Of a stretch of DNA of 64,000 bases, positions 7,922 through 17,411 are shown one piece after another. A program made the translations under genes and the position numbers. This DNA is from an uncultured Methanosarcinales archaeon (GTDB taxonomy: Archaea; Nanobdellota; Nanobdellia; Woesearchaeales; UBA12501), in NCBI GenBank assembly GCA_964397315.1, contig CAYNHV010000004.1:1081-65080 (forward strand). The letters are read 5' to 3'. The notes beneath the pieces were generated by a model. That model ran no database searches, was not told the DNA's origin, and saw only the letters and a program-made list of their open reading frames with translations. Within the stretch, counting starts at the first letter, position 1. Every line of letters begins with the position of its first letter.

Positions 7922-7978
7922 TCAGGATAAGTGATTAAGAAATTGGCCAAGATGCAATTCTCCAGGGACTGCACAGGC

Positions 7979-8614
7979 TCAATGGCATCCTGATGAGACC
8001 ATTATGGGCAGTTTCTTGTTCTGGCAGGAGACTGCCTCCATGCCCTGCACAAGCACAGGCGTTGCCTGTATCTTCTCTATCTGCCCGTGTTCCTCTTCAA
8101 GAGATTCAAGGTCAATGGTGTAAGTCTTCTCTGTCTTTGAGTAAAATGTCTCGTCAAAGTAAACACTGCCTGCCTCCTGGCTGTCATACAAGAGGTAGAA
8201 TATCATTGTGACATTCCTGTAGCCCGAATTCCTTATTGAGATGTTGAGGCTGCCGTCAACCCTCCTGCACCCCCTAAGCCCCAGAAGAACCTGCTCCGGG
8301 CAGAGATTTTTCACAAGATTGTCAGGATCAACGTAAACAGAAGCTCCCTTGTCAACCACAACAGGCACGTCCTCCCCTGTCAGGTTTTCTTCTGATAATG
8401 TGGTGTTGGATGCAATGCCTGTATCTTCAGAGATGTTTGATGCGCCTCCAGATGGCTGCCCTGCCCCAGAGGTTGCGTTTTCTGCTGTTGCGTTGGCATA
8501 CTCTGCTGTCAGGTTCATTGTCCTGATTTCAGTGCATCCTGACACAGACAAAAGCGCAAGGAGCATGAACACAGCTAGAATTGATGCTGCATAATGATTA
8601 GTTCTGCATCTCAT
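7979..8614 (-). CDS. Predicted secreted lipoprotein, unknown function
   Basis: Signal helix plus LSVSGCTE lipobox, N/S/T-rich linker, then a beta-rich domain. It is the last gene of the minus-strand glycogen cluster (7-nt gap to the upstream gene). Confidence 0.5.
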   Translation of the reverse strand: MRCRTNHYAASILAVFMLLALLSVSGCTEIRTMNLTAEYANATAENATSGAGQPSGGASNISEDTGIASNTTLSEENLTGEDVPVVVDKGASVYVDPDNLVKNLCPEQVLLGLRGCRRVDGSLNISIRNSGYRNVTMIFYLLYDSQEAGSVYFDETFYSKTEKTYTIDLESLEEEHGQIEKIQATPVLVQGMEAVSCQNKKLPIMVSSGCH

Positions 8615-8621
8615 TTTACAC

Positions 8622-9032
8622 CTAAAGCACTGCAGCTATTATCACGCCGATGACAAAACCGACAACTGCGCCGACTGCAAAGTCATTCACTCCGCATTTC
8701 ATGAAGTGCTGAGTGCATATCTCATGCTCGCTGGGCTTTCTCTCAAGGAGGTCAATCCTTTTCTTTATCTCCTTGAGCATGGCCTTCTTTGAGTCAAGCT
8801 TCCTTACCCTTTCGGCAAGCTCTTCATCACCCACTGCGTCCCTTATCCATGTGCTGAAGTCATTCTTTGTCCTGCTCACATGGTGATGGAATGTCCTGTC
8901 AGCCATTATCTCCAGCGCCTCTGCAAGCTCCCTGAGGTTACTGATGTTTGTTCCCATGTGCAGCCTGAAATGGTGCTCTTCAGGCACTTCACCCATGATT
9001 TTTTCCGCTTGTGCGCCTGTTATTTTAGGCAT
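8622..9032 (-). CDS. Small protein with conserved NDFSxWIRD domain (DUF5752-like, from memory) and C-terminal TM anchor
   Basis: VPEEHHFRLHMGTNISNLRELAEALEIM..FHHHVSRTKNDFSTWIRDAVGD, then a coiled segment and a TM helix. It is a paralogue of the upstream gene. Confidence 0.55.
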   Translation of the reverse strand: MPKITGAQAEKIMGEVPEEHHFRLHMGTNISNLRELAEALEIMADRTFHHHVSRTKNDFSTWIRDAVGDEELAERVRKLDSKKAMLKEIKKRIDLLERKPSEHEICTQHFMKCGVNDFAVGAVVGFVIGVIIAAVL

Positions 9033-9036
9033 TATC

Positions 9037-9390
9037 TCACCTCTTTGACTGTCTTGTGTTGATGAATTTCATTATATCCTGTCTTGTGCCTGCCCTGTCC
9101 CTGCCTGCGATGCTTAGCGAGAGGTTATGCTCTCCCATAACATCCCTTATCCAGCTGCTGAAGTCATTCTTGCTGTTGTTGGCATGAAAAGAGAAAACGC
9201 TCTCATCCATTGACTTCAAAGCGTCAGCAAGCTCACTGAGGTTCATAAGGGCTCCTCCCCCTTTGAGATAAAAAGCATGCTCAGAAGGCACATCTGCTAA
9301 AGCGTGAGCTGTCTTCTTTGATGTCTTTTTGGGCCTTCTTATTGTAAGGCCTCTTTTGCTGCTCCCCTTTTTTGATTTAGCTGGCGCCAA
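9037..9390 (-). CDS. Small protein with the same NDFSxWIRD domain and a K-rich N-terminus
   Basis: VPSEHAFYLKGGGALMNLSELADALKSM..FSFHANNSKNDFSSWIRDVMGE aligns with 8622-9032. A 4-nt gap separates the paralogues. Confidence 0.55.
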   Translation of the reverse strand: MAPAKSKKGSSKRGLTIRRPKKTSKKTAHALADVPSEHAFYLKGGGALMNLSELADALKSMDESVFSFHANNSKNDFSSWIRDVMGEHNLSLSIAGRDRAGTRQDIMKFINTRQSKR

Positions 9391-9446
9391 TATATATCCT
9401 CCTCATAGCCCTCCTGCCATGAAATCCTTTCCTGCCCTGCAAAAAC

Positions 9447-10694
9447 CTACTGCCTGCTTTGGACAGGGCTGTTATTGCATACGGAACACGCCGCACATTT
9501 ATTAATTTTACTGGATTCAGGAGCGTTTACCCTGTATGAAAGGTCATGCAGTATATTCATGAATGTTATGAAAGCGTCGTAAGGGCTGTCATAAGGGTTG
9601 AAGTACTTGTGCACATCACCGTCAGAGAAGTATTTTGTGCACATGTAATAGAGATGGTCGCTTGTCTGAAGCTTTCTCCACAGCTCTATAAGCTCCTTGT
9701 TGCCTGACTCCTTCACGCTCTTCTCAAGCATGTAAAGCCTCCTGACTGCTGACTGCTGCATCTTGTTGCCTGTCCACGCGCTCAGGTCCCTCTCAAGGTC
9801 AGCCCATGACATCATGTAGGGGATGTCTATCTCTCCCACGTCCTTCATCTTTGCAGCCTCTGAGGGTGTGGTGAAACTGTTGTCAGGATGCTTTAGCAGC
9901 TCTCTGGGAAGGGACCTCATGAAATCAAAGACTCCTGTGTCCTTCCACTGGTGCTCCCCGAATGTCTCGTAATCCATGAAAAGATTCACATTGGTTCCAT
10001 TGCCGTTAATGTTGCTCACCCAGCTGGCATACCTCTCTGCTGTGAGGGGCCACTCGCTCCATCCCCTGTTGGAGAACCTGAAGGCTATGTCATCGCTGAG
10101 CTTGTAATTCTTAAGCAGCAGCTTTATCCTGCTGCAGCCGTAGGGCGTGTAAACAAAATTGGGGCTTCTCCACTGAAGGTAATGGTCCCACCCTTCAGCA
10201 AGTATCGCCTTGAATCCCATCTTCTCCGCATATGCCGCTATCTCGTTGTTGTATATCAGCTCTGTGTTCCTGAAAACTTTTGGCTTTGCTCCGAAAAGCT
10301 TCTTTATCTTTTTCCTGTGCATCTCAACCTGCTCCCTGAACTCATCCTTTGAGTAGAGGTATGCAAGGGTGTGATGATAAGTTTCTGACAGGAATTCAAC
10401 CCTCCCTGTCCTTTTCAGCTCCTTAAAGCTGTCAAGCACTTCAGGGCAGTACTGCTCAAACTGCTCCAGGGCAGTGCCTGTAACTGAGAATGACGCCTTG
10501 AACTCAGGTATCTCATCCATGACATTCAAGAGAAGCCTGTTCATGGGAAGGTAGCACTTGTCCGCGACCTTCCTCATGGTGCTGATGTTTTTTGACGAGT
10601 CAAAATAGTCCCTGCTTTTTCCTATGTCAAATATGGGATACCTCCTCAGCCTGAAAGGCTGGTGCACCTGAAAATAGAAGCATATGTTCACCAT
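9447..10694 (-). CDS. Glycoside hydrolase family 57 (alpha-amylase/branching-enzyme-like)
   Basis: N-terminus ICFYFQVHQPFRLRRY. LSETYHH, WDH and YETFGEH motifs are typical of GH57. It overlaps the upstream GT gene by 7 nt. Confidence 0.85.
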   Translation of the reverse strand: MVNICFYFQVHQPFRLRRYPIFDIGKSRDYFDSSKNISTMRKVADKCYLPMNRLLLNVMDEIPEFKASFSVTGTALEQFEQYCPEVLDSFKELKRTGRVEFLSETYHHTLAYLYSKDEFREQVEMHRKKIKKLFGAKPKVFRNTELIYNNEIAAYAEKMGFKAILAEGWDHYLQWRSPNFVYTPYGCSRIKLLLKNYKLSDDIAFRFSNRGWSEWPLTAERYASWVSNINGNGTNVNLFMDYETFGEHQWKDTGVFDFMRSLPRELLKHPDNSFTTPSEAAKMKDVGEIDIPYMMSWADLERDLSAWTGNKMQQSAVRRLYMLEKSVKESGNKELIELWRKLQTSDHLYYMCTKYFSDGDVHKYFNPYDSPYDAFITFMNILHDLSYRVNAPESSKINKCAACSVCNNSPVQSRQ

Positions 10695-11890
10695 GACGCA
10701 TCACCTGCTGTTTTTCTGTAAACGCTTACGCACTTGCCCGCGGGCTCACTCCAGCTGAACTTCCTTACCTCAGAGGAGCCGTTATGCTTCAGCTCCTCGT
10801 TTAGCTCTGCGTAGCTAAGGACACTTATTATCTTGTTGGCTATTTCATCTATGTCCCAGAAGTCAACCTTAAGGGCGTGGGAAAGAACTTCTGAGATTCC
10901 GCTCTGCTTTGACACAATAACAGGCACATTATTCCTGAGAGACTCAAGAGGTGTTATTCCGAAAGGCTCGCTTACAGAAGGCATGACATACACGTCAGCC
11001 ATCTGGTATGCCCAGTCAACCTCCTCCCCTTTGAGCGGGCCTGCGAAAAGAACGTTTTCAGAGAGGCCGAGCTCTGCTGCCTTTTCTATGACAAACGGCT
11101 CCATGTCTCCGGAGCCCGCAATTATGAATCTTGTGTCAGGCATCAGGTCCGCCACTCTTCTTGCAGCGTATATGAAATAGTCAGGCCCTTTCTGGAGGGT
11201 GACTCTTCCAAGAAACAAGACTGTCCTGCGCTCCCCGGCGGCCTTGCCTCCAGGCAGCTTGTGATTGTTAAACTCCACTGCATTATGCACGACATCAATC
11301 TTTGAGGGGTCTATGCCGTACTTTTCAGTGATCATCTTTTTGGTGTAATTGCTCACTGCAATGACCCTGTCAGCCTTTTCCATGCCTGTCTTCTCAAGAG
11401 CATAGACCTGCCCGTTTATGCCGTTGCCTCCTGTCCTGTCAAATTCTGTTGCGTGAACGTGCACGATCAGCGGCCTGCCTGTTGCCTCTTTTGCCTTAAT
11501 GCCTGCCTGGAATGTCAGCCAGTCGTGCGCGTGTATGACATCAAAGTCTTCGCCTGCAGCTATCCTTCCTGCCCTCTCAGCAAAAAGGGCCACCTCATGG
11601 AAAAGGTTCCTGCCGTACATATCTCCACTTTCACCAACTGACTTCAGCTCTTCATAATATCCTTCCTCTGTCATATAAGGCCTGATAAGCCCGGGCACTT
11701 CTCTCAGCTTTACGTTGCCCATTGCAGAGACCATCTTAACAGAGGGATTTTTTGATTTTGGTGTTTTCGGCGCCACGAATATGATCTCTTCCCCTTTTTC
11801 AGCAAGGCTTCTTACAAGCCCCTCGCATGCGGTGCCAAGGCCGCCTGACGCGTAAGGGGGGAATTCCCAGCCGAACATCAGCACTCTCAT
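10688..11890 (-). CDS. GT-B glycosyltransferase, archaeal glycogen-synthase-like (GT4/GT5)
   Basis: MRVLMFGWEFPPYASGGLGTACEGL..., HAHDW, and the C-terminal PSVSEPFGITPLES motif. ATG 11890 is preceded by GAGGT; the ORF track's longer start at 11941 is unlikely. Confidence 0.8.
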   Translation of the reverse strand: MRVLMFGWEFPPYASGGLGTACEGLVRSLAEKGEEIIFVAPKTPKSKNPSVKMVSAMGNVKLREVPGLIRPYMTEEGYYEELKSVGESGDMYGRNLFHEVALFAERAGRIAAGEDFDVIHAHDWLTFQAGIKAKEATGRPLIVHVHATEFDRTGGNGINGQVYALEKTGMEKADRVIAVSNYTKKMITEKYGIDPSKIDVVHNAVEFNNHKLPGGKAAGERRTVLFLGRVTLQKGPDYFIYAARRVADLMPDTRFIIAGSGDMEPFVIEKAAELGLSENVLFAGPLKGEEVDWAYQMADVYVMPSVSEPFGITPLESLRNNVPVIVSKQSGISEVLSHALKVDFWDIDEIANKIISVLSYAELNEELKHNGSSEVRKFSWSEPAGKCVSVYRKTAGDASW

Positions 11891-11963
11891 ATGGTTACCT
11901 CTTTTTGCAGGCTTTGCATGCCTGAAATTCCTCTCAAGCATTCCACTTTCCTGTTTCCCTTGA

Positions 11964-12257
11964 TCAGGATATTCTCACCTTCCCGTTTTTCTCAAATATC
12001 ATTGAATCGTCATTCTTTCCGTGGACAGCGCTCTCTCCCCTCTCAGTTATCTCAAATATTCTCACGAATTTGCTGGAGAAAATCTCATTGACAAGGCCCT
12101 TGCCCATAAGGTATGTAAGATGATTGTCCACTGTCTTCCAGTTTATTCCTGTCTCAGAGGATATCCGGTTGACTGTCTTCTGGCCTTCAGCAAGAGAGGA
12201 TAGAATCAGCTTCCTGAGCTCCCCGAACTTTCGCTTGCTGCTGCTCCTGGCCATCAA
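11964..12257 (-). CDS. Winged-helix transcriptional regulator
   Basis: 97 aa. LRKLILSSLAEGQKTVNRISSETGINWKTVDNHLTYLMGKGLV is a wHTH pattern. It heads the minus-strand glycogen genes, divergent from the GT3 gene. Confidence 0.6.
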   Translation of the reverse strand: MMARSSSKRKFGELRKLILSSLAEGQKTVNRISSETGINWKTVDNHLTYLMGKGLVNEIFSSKFVRIFEITERGESAVHGKNDDSMIFEKNGKVRIS

Positions 12258-12558
12258 AAAACCCCTTTTTCACAGGCATCATCATCTGAATCCTGTTCCC
12301 TGCTTGCTTCTACGAATCTGTAGAGCACTGTCTTTTTGTCACTATCAGTATACGAAAAACAACACTGATTTATATAACTTTTGGTGTCAGAGACATAAGT
12401 TGTGTTTATTTTAATTAGAACTACTGTTCTTAATATATAGTCCATATATTCTCTTTGGAGCTAATCTCTCTCCAATATAGAGGACTAATCTTTCCTTAAT
12501 ATGGTAGAATTTTACCAATTTTATCACTGATTTTTATTATTCAGGAGTAATATTAAAA

Positions 12559-12569
12559 GTATTTAAATG
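12559..12569 (+). promoter_or_regulatory. TATA-like box for the GT3 glycogen synthase
   Basis: GTATTTAAATG is centred about 26 nt upstream of ATG 12590. Confidence 0.45.
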
Positions 12570-12589
12570 CAGGAGTCAATCAGGGGATT

Positions 12590-14413
12590 ATGGAAAAGCC
12601 AAAGCCTGACTTCCTGTTTGAATGCTCATGGGAAGTCTGCAACAAGGTGGGCGGAATCTACACTGTCATAATCTCAAAAGCTGACAGGATGAAAGAGCAG
12701 TACAGCAACTATTTTCTTGTAGGCCCCTATTTTGAGGGCAAGGCAGGGGAAGATTTCATTGAAGAGAAGCCGCCTGCTGAGCTGAAGAAGGTTTTTGAAG
12801 AGCTGTCAAAAGAGGGCATAGAATGCAGGTTCGGAACCTGGCAGGTCAAGGGAGAGCCAAAGGCAGTGCTTATAGACTCCAGCGGTTTTGCAAAAGAGAA
12901 AGACAGCATAAAAAAGAAGCTCTGGGATGACTTCAGCATAGACTCGCTAAACGCGGGCTGTGATTTTGAGGAGCCTGTTGTGTGGGCTGTTGCTGCAGGC
13001 AGGCTGATAGAAAAATTCTGCCGCCTGGACAACAAGGGAAACAAGAAAAAAGTGGCCGCCCACTTCCATGAGTGGATGGCAGGGGCGGGGCTGCTCTACC
13101 TCAAGCGGAAGGGAAACAGCAAGGTAAAGGCAGCCACAGTGTTCACCACCCACGCAACAGTCCTGGGAAGGACAATAGCCGGCTCAGGAGGATCCCTGTA
13201 TGAGATGATTGACAGCATGGAGCCAGCAAAAGAGGCCTATAACTACGGGGTTCAGGCAAAGCACCTTACTGAGAAGGCATGCGCAGAGAACTGCGATATC
13301 TTCACCACAGTAAGCGAGATAACATCATTAGAGGCTGAGAAGATACTGGGAAGGAAGCCGGATGTGCTCCTCCTTAACGGGCTTGACATGAGAAAATTCC
13401 CCACGTTTGAGGAGTGCGCAATAAAACACAGGAAGCACAGGGAGATAATAAGGGAGTTTGTCGCCTATCATTTCTTCCCTCACTACAGGTTTGACATTGA
13501 GCAGACGCTTCTCATGTTCATTGTCGGAAGGTACGAATTCAAGAACAAGGGAATTGACATATTCATAAAGTCGCTTGCAAAGCTCAACGAGATAATGAAA
13601 AAAGAGGGGTCAAGAAAGACAGTGGTTGTATTTTTCTGGATTCCGAGGGAAGTGCATGGCGCAAAGCTTGAGCTCTCCCTGAACAAGAACAATTATTACC
13701 AGATAAAGGAATTTGTTGAGGGGAATCTCAGCGACATTCAGGAAAGGATAATAGACAACATAATGGAGTGTGATGTTGAGATATTGAATGACCCCAAGAA
13801 GTTCCAGCAGGAAAGGCTTTTTGAAAAGGACTTTGTTCTTGAGGCAAAGAAGATAAAGCTCAACTTCATGAAGAAGGGCAACCCCCTTATTGTCACCCAC
13901 AACCTGCCTGATGAGGAGCATGATGCCATAATGTGGAACCTGAACAACAGCGGGCTTGACAACAAGGAGGATGACAAGGTAAAGGTTGTCTTCTACCCGG
14001 TGTACCTCACAGGGGTTGACGGCCTCATAGACCTGCCTTACTATGACGCAATAACAGGATGCCATCTCGGGCTCTTCCCCAGCTACTATGAGCCGTGGGG
14101 CTACACCCCTCTTGAGTCTGCAGCGCTTGGCGTCCCTTCGCTCACAACAGACCTGGGGGGATTTGGAAGATTCCTTCAGTCCAAGAAAAAGACAGGGAGC
14201 GGGGTTTTTGTGCTTAAAAGGCACGGCAGTTCAGAGGAAGAGACAGTTGAGCACTTCACGAAAATACTCCACAACTTCACGCTTCTTGACCAGAATGGAA
14301 GGGTAAAAGAGAAGATAATGGCCAAGGAGATATCAAAACTAGCTGACTGGAAGGAGCTCATCAAAAACTATTTTAATGCCCACAGCAAAGCAGTCCAAAA
14401 GGTGTGGAGCTGA
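12590..14413 (+). CDS. Glycogen synthase, eukaryote-type GT3 family
   Basis: FECSWEVCNKVGGIYTV, HFHEWMAG, FTTHATVLGR, FTTVSEIT, GRYEFKNKG, and CHLGLFPSYYEPWGYTPLES match the yeast/animal GSY pattern along the full length. Confidence 0.9.
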   Translation: MEKPKPDFLFECSWEVCNKVGGIYTVIISKADRMKEQYSNYFLVGPYFEGKAGEDFIEEKPPAELKKVFEELSKEGIECRFGTWQVKGEPKAVLIDSSGFAKEKDSIKKKLWDDFSIDSLNAGCDFEEPVVWAVAAGRLIEKFCRLDNKGNKKKVAAHFHEWMAGAGLLYLKRKGNSKVKAATVFTTHATVLGRTIAGSGGSLYEMIDSMEPAKEAYNYGVQAKHLTEKACAENCDIFTTVSEITSLEAEKILGRKPDVLLLNGLDMRKFPTFEECAIKHRKHREIIREFVAYHFFPHYRFDIEQTLLMFIVGRYEFKNKGIDIFIKSLAKLNEIMKKEGSRKTVVVFFWIPREVHGAKLELSLNKNNYYQIKEFVEGNLSDIQERIIDNIMECDVEILNDPKKFQQERLFEKDFVLEAKKIKLNFMKKGNPLIVTHNLPDEEHDAIMWNLNNSGLDNKEDDKVKVVFYPVYLTGVDGLIDLPYYDAITGCHLGLFPSYYEPWGYTPLESAALGVPSLTTDLGGFGRFLQSKKKTGSGVFVLKRHGSSEEETVEHFTKILHNFTLLDQNGRVKEKIMAKEISKLADWKELIKNYFNAHSKAVQKVWS

Positions 14414-14429
14414 GAGATTAGTGTTCAGA

Positions 14430-15401
14430 ATGGGAGAGCTAAGGAAGGATTACATTCTTGAAAGATGGGTTATAATAGCTGCGGAGAGGGGCAAGAGGCC
14501 TCACCAGTTCAGGAAGGAGAAGGCGCGGCCAGCAGGCCGGAAGGAGGACTTCTTTGCTCCGGGAAACGAGCGCATGACACCTCCTGAGATAATGAGGGTG
14601 GACAATGATGACCCCAGGACAAAAGGGAAATGGCCGTGGAAGATAAGGGTGTTTCCCAACAAGTTCGCTGCTGTAAGGCAGAAAGGAGACCCTTCTGTGA
14701 GGAAGAGGGACAGGTTCCGCCAGTTTTCATCAAACTATGGAAAGCATGAGGTCATCGTGGAGACTCCTGACAGGAAAAAACAGCTGTGGGACCTCGGAAA
14801 AAAAGATATAAGGGACGTGATTGACGTTTACTGCAGAAGAATCACTGAGATAGGCAGGCTCAGGGGCATTAAGTATGTGTGCGTGTTCAAGAATTCAGGA
14901 AAGGAAGCAGGAACATCCATACTTCACTCCCACTCGCAGGTTATAGGTTACAACCGGGTGCCTGAGTTTGTTCAGCAAAAGGCGGCTGCAGCAAAAAAAC
15001 ACCCAAAATGCCCCTACTGCTCCATTGTCAAAAAGGAGATGAGATCAAAGAGGGGGTGTTTTGAGAACAGCAGCTTTGCAGCATTCACCCCTTATGCCTC
15101 AAGATTCCCTCTTGAGATATGGGTATTCCCAAAAGAGCACATAAGAAGCATAACAAAGCTTGACAGCCAGAAAAAGAGCGACCTTGCAGATATCATGCAG
15201 ATGATAGTGAAGAAACTGAAGAAGCTTAACGCGCCTTTCAACTATGTAATCCACAACGCCCCGCAGGGAAAGGACCTCCACTTTCACATAGAGGTGCTGC
15301 CCAGGCTCTCAACCTGGGCTGGGTTTGAGCTGAGCGGCACAATAATCAACACCATGCCCCCTGAAAAGGCTGCAGAATTCTACATGGGAAGCAAAGGCTG
15401 A
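14430..15401 (+). CDS. GalT-family nucleotidyltransferase (galactose-1-P uridylyltransferase / ADP-glucose phosphorylase-like, HIT superfamily)
   Basis: ERWVIIAAERGKRP, catalytic HSHSQV (HxHxQ), CPYC, and the half-barrel repeat. The ATG 14430 start follows the GT3 stop. The N-terminal CxxC of classical GalT is absent (DFFAPGNE). Confidence 0.8.
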   Translation: MGELRKDYILERWVIIAAERGKRPHQFRKEKARPAGRKEDFFAPGNERMTPPEIMRVDNDDPRTKGKWPWKIRVFPNKFAAVRQKGDPSVRKRDRFRQFSSNYGKHEVIVETPDRKKQLWDLGKKDIRDVIDVYCRRITEIGRLRGIKYVCVFKNSGKEAGTSILHSHSQVIGYNRVPEFVQQKAAAAKKHPKCPYCSIVKKEMRSKRGCFENSSFAAFTPYASRFPLEIWVFPKEHIRSITKLDSQKKSDLADIMQMIVKKLKKLNAPFNYVIHNAPQGKDLHFHIEVLPRLSTWAGFELSGTIINTMPPEKAAEFYMGSKG

Positions 15402-15548
15402 TTCCTCACTGGCAACACGCTCAATATGCCCCTGACACAAGCAGGTGTTCAGTCTCATAGCATATGACATCTGGTTTCACTCCAAAACAAAAAATTATAT
15501 ATACTCCTGCCTTTTAAGCTGCCTAAACCTGAAAAAAGAGGGGGATTA

Positions 15549-17399
15549 ATGCTCGTTGTCCACAAGATAGAAGATGCTGCTATAGAGGGTAATGCTGAAA
15601 ACCCCAGCTTCATTCTCACCAACAAGACAGGCGGCTACTTCTCCCTATCTGAATGGCCTGTCAGCAGGTATCAGGGAGCTTTCTTCAATGAGAAAGGCGT
15701 GTTCAAGGCAGTCAGCAACATATTCCCTGTTGACTCAGGGCCAGTGACAAGGATGACAAACAACTTCCATTCAATAGTGAGGGAGAGAGCCAACGGAAAA
15801 CTGAATGAGACTCTCATGATGCCACTGTTCCATAATTCAATAGTATACGAGCTTGACAGGGAGAGCGAGGTTGAGGTGGTGCTTGACATCAGGAAAGCCT
15901 ATGACACAAAAGAGTTCGGAAGATACTACAAAATTGATGAGAAAGAAGGGAAGGTCATGGTGGAATTCACCAAAAAGACAGACAAGAAAGAGGACAGCAC
16001 TGAAGGCAGGACAGAGTACAAAGTTTATGTTGTGATAAGCGGGGCAGGAGGCATCACCAGAACAGAAAGATTCTTTGAGGAGACCTATGACCTTGACAGG
16101 AGGAGGAACTCCTGGCCCTGGAAGAGGCATGTCTATTCTGCGCTCAGGACAAACACCAAAAGGCTCATAATCTCATTCTCCACAAACAAGAAAACAGCCC
16201 TGGAGGAGAACAGGAAGCTGGAGAGGAACCTGAGCGAGATGAAGAAGAAACAGGCCATCTACGTCAACGGCTTCCAGAAGAAGATAAAGGACAGGGAGAA
16301 GATGATGGCTTACAAGGCAGCCTGCCTCTCTCTTGACCATCTGGTGGCAATAGCAGACAGGAGAAAAGGGGTATACGCGGGATTGTGGTGGTTCTTCCAG
16401 TTCTGGTCAAGGGACGAGGCAATAAGCCTCAATGCCCTGATCCAGCAGGGAAAGTATGACGTTGCAAAGGAGATACTGTTCAAGCTCCTGAAAAGCATAG
16501 GCAAGGACGGGAGGATACCCAACATACAGCCAAAAGCAGGAGGGGAGCTGGAGAGCGCTGATGCAGTGGGATGGGTCATGAAAAGGATGTATGACTTTTT
16601 TGAGGGGCTTTTCAGGAAAAAGATTGTTGCAGAGTACCTCTCGCAGGAGGAGCTTGAGTTCATAAAGAACAAGGTGGAGGACTGCATCTACAACCTCATA
16701 GACAGGCATACTCATGATGACCTCGCTTATAACGGAAAGAAAGAAACCTGGATGGACACAGCAGCAGGAGATGACTGCAGGGAAGGTTACAGGATAGAGA
16801 TTCAGGCTCTCAGGCTGTGCACTTACAAGCTTATGAAGCTGCTGTGCAAGGTAATGAAAGACAGGGTGGGAGAGGACATTGCAGAGAACATTGAGAAGGA
16901 CCTTGCTGAGAGGGTAAGAAAGGATTTCTGGAATGGTAATTATCTTGATGACGGCCTTAAGGACAGCACCATAAGGCCCAATGTTTTCATAGCATATTAT
17001 ATCTACCCTGAGCTGCTGTCAGCCTCACAATGGGTAAAATGCTTCAGGAATATCCTTCCTGCGCTCTGGAACGAGTGGGGGGGCCTCTCCTCAATAGACA
17101 AGAAGAACAGGCTTTACTCTCCCACGCACACAGGGGAGGACAACAGGAGCTATCATCGCGGAGACTCATGGTACTGGCTCAACAACCTGGCAGCCATATG
17201 CATGGCAAGGCTCAGCAGGAGAAAATTCTCAGAATACATTGAGAAGATTGAAGAGGCAAGCACAAGAGAGATACTCTTCTCAGGAGCAATAGGCCACCAC
17301 GCTGAGGTAAGCTCATCCAGGCAGTTTGAAAGCAGGGGATGCCTCATGCAGGCATGGAGCAGTGCAATGTATATTGAGCTGATCAATGAGCTTCACTAG
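15549..17399 (+). CDS. Glycogen debranching enzyme, archaeal type (amylo-alpha-1,6-glucosidase, GDE_C six-hairpin domain)
   Basis: WWFFQFWSRDEAISL, GRIPN, GDSWYWLNN, and CLMQAWSSAMYIEL are typical of GDE_C. GAGGGGGAT lies before the ATG. Confidence 0.85.
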   Translation: MLVVHKIEDAAIEGNAENPSFILTNKTGGYFSLSEWPVSRYQGAFFNEKGVFKAVSNIFPVDSGPVTRMTNNFHSIVRERANGKLNETLMMPLFHNSIVYELDRESEVEVVLDIRKAYDTKEFGRYYKIDEKEGKVMVEFTKKTDKKEDSTEGRTEYKVYVVISGAGGITRTERFFEETYDLDRRRNSWPWKRHVYSALRTNTKRLIISFSTNKKTALEENRKLERNLSEMKKKQAIYVNGFQKKIKDREKMMAYKAACLSLDHLVAIADRRKGVYAGLWWFFQFWSRDEAISLNALIQQGKYDVAKEILFKLLKSIGKDGRIPNIQPKAGGELESADAVGWVMKRMYDFFEGLFRKKIVAEYLSQEELEFIKNKVEDCIYNLIDRHTHDDLAYNGKKETWMDTAAGDDCREGYRIEIQALRLCTYKLMKLLCKVMKDRVGEDIAENIEKDLAERVRKDFWNGNYLDDGLKDSTIRPNVFIAYYIYPELLSASQWVKCFRNILPALWNEWGGLSSIDKKNRLYSPTHTGEDNRSYHRGDSWYWLNNLAAICMARLSRRKFSEYIEKIEEASTREILFSGAIGHHAEVSSSRQFESRGCLMQAWSSAMYIELINELH

Positions 17400-17411
17400 G
17401 CTGCAGATGAA

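Noticed and set aside
12520-12535. TrmB/TGM-type operator (TATCAC-N5-GTGATA) upstream of the GT3 glycogen synthase
   Set aside because: Only a single half-site, TATCAC, is present, with no inverted partner at the right spacing. A 6-mer in an AT-rich spacer is not evidence.
14376-14429. Longer N-terminal extensions given by the ORF track for GalT-like (14376), cdc6 (42287), rtcA (50914), L21e (6039), GT4/5 (11941), PfkB (35964), EF-1beta (54355), the Zn-ribbon gene (54161) and DUF763 (59327)
   Set aside because: The extensions overlap upstream genes or promoters, and several begin at GTG or TTG. Internal ATGs give canonical family N-termini with appropriate TATA or SD spacing.
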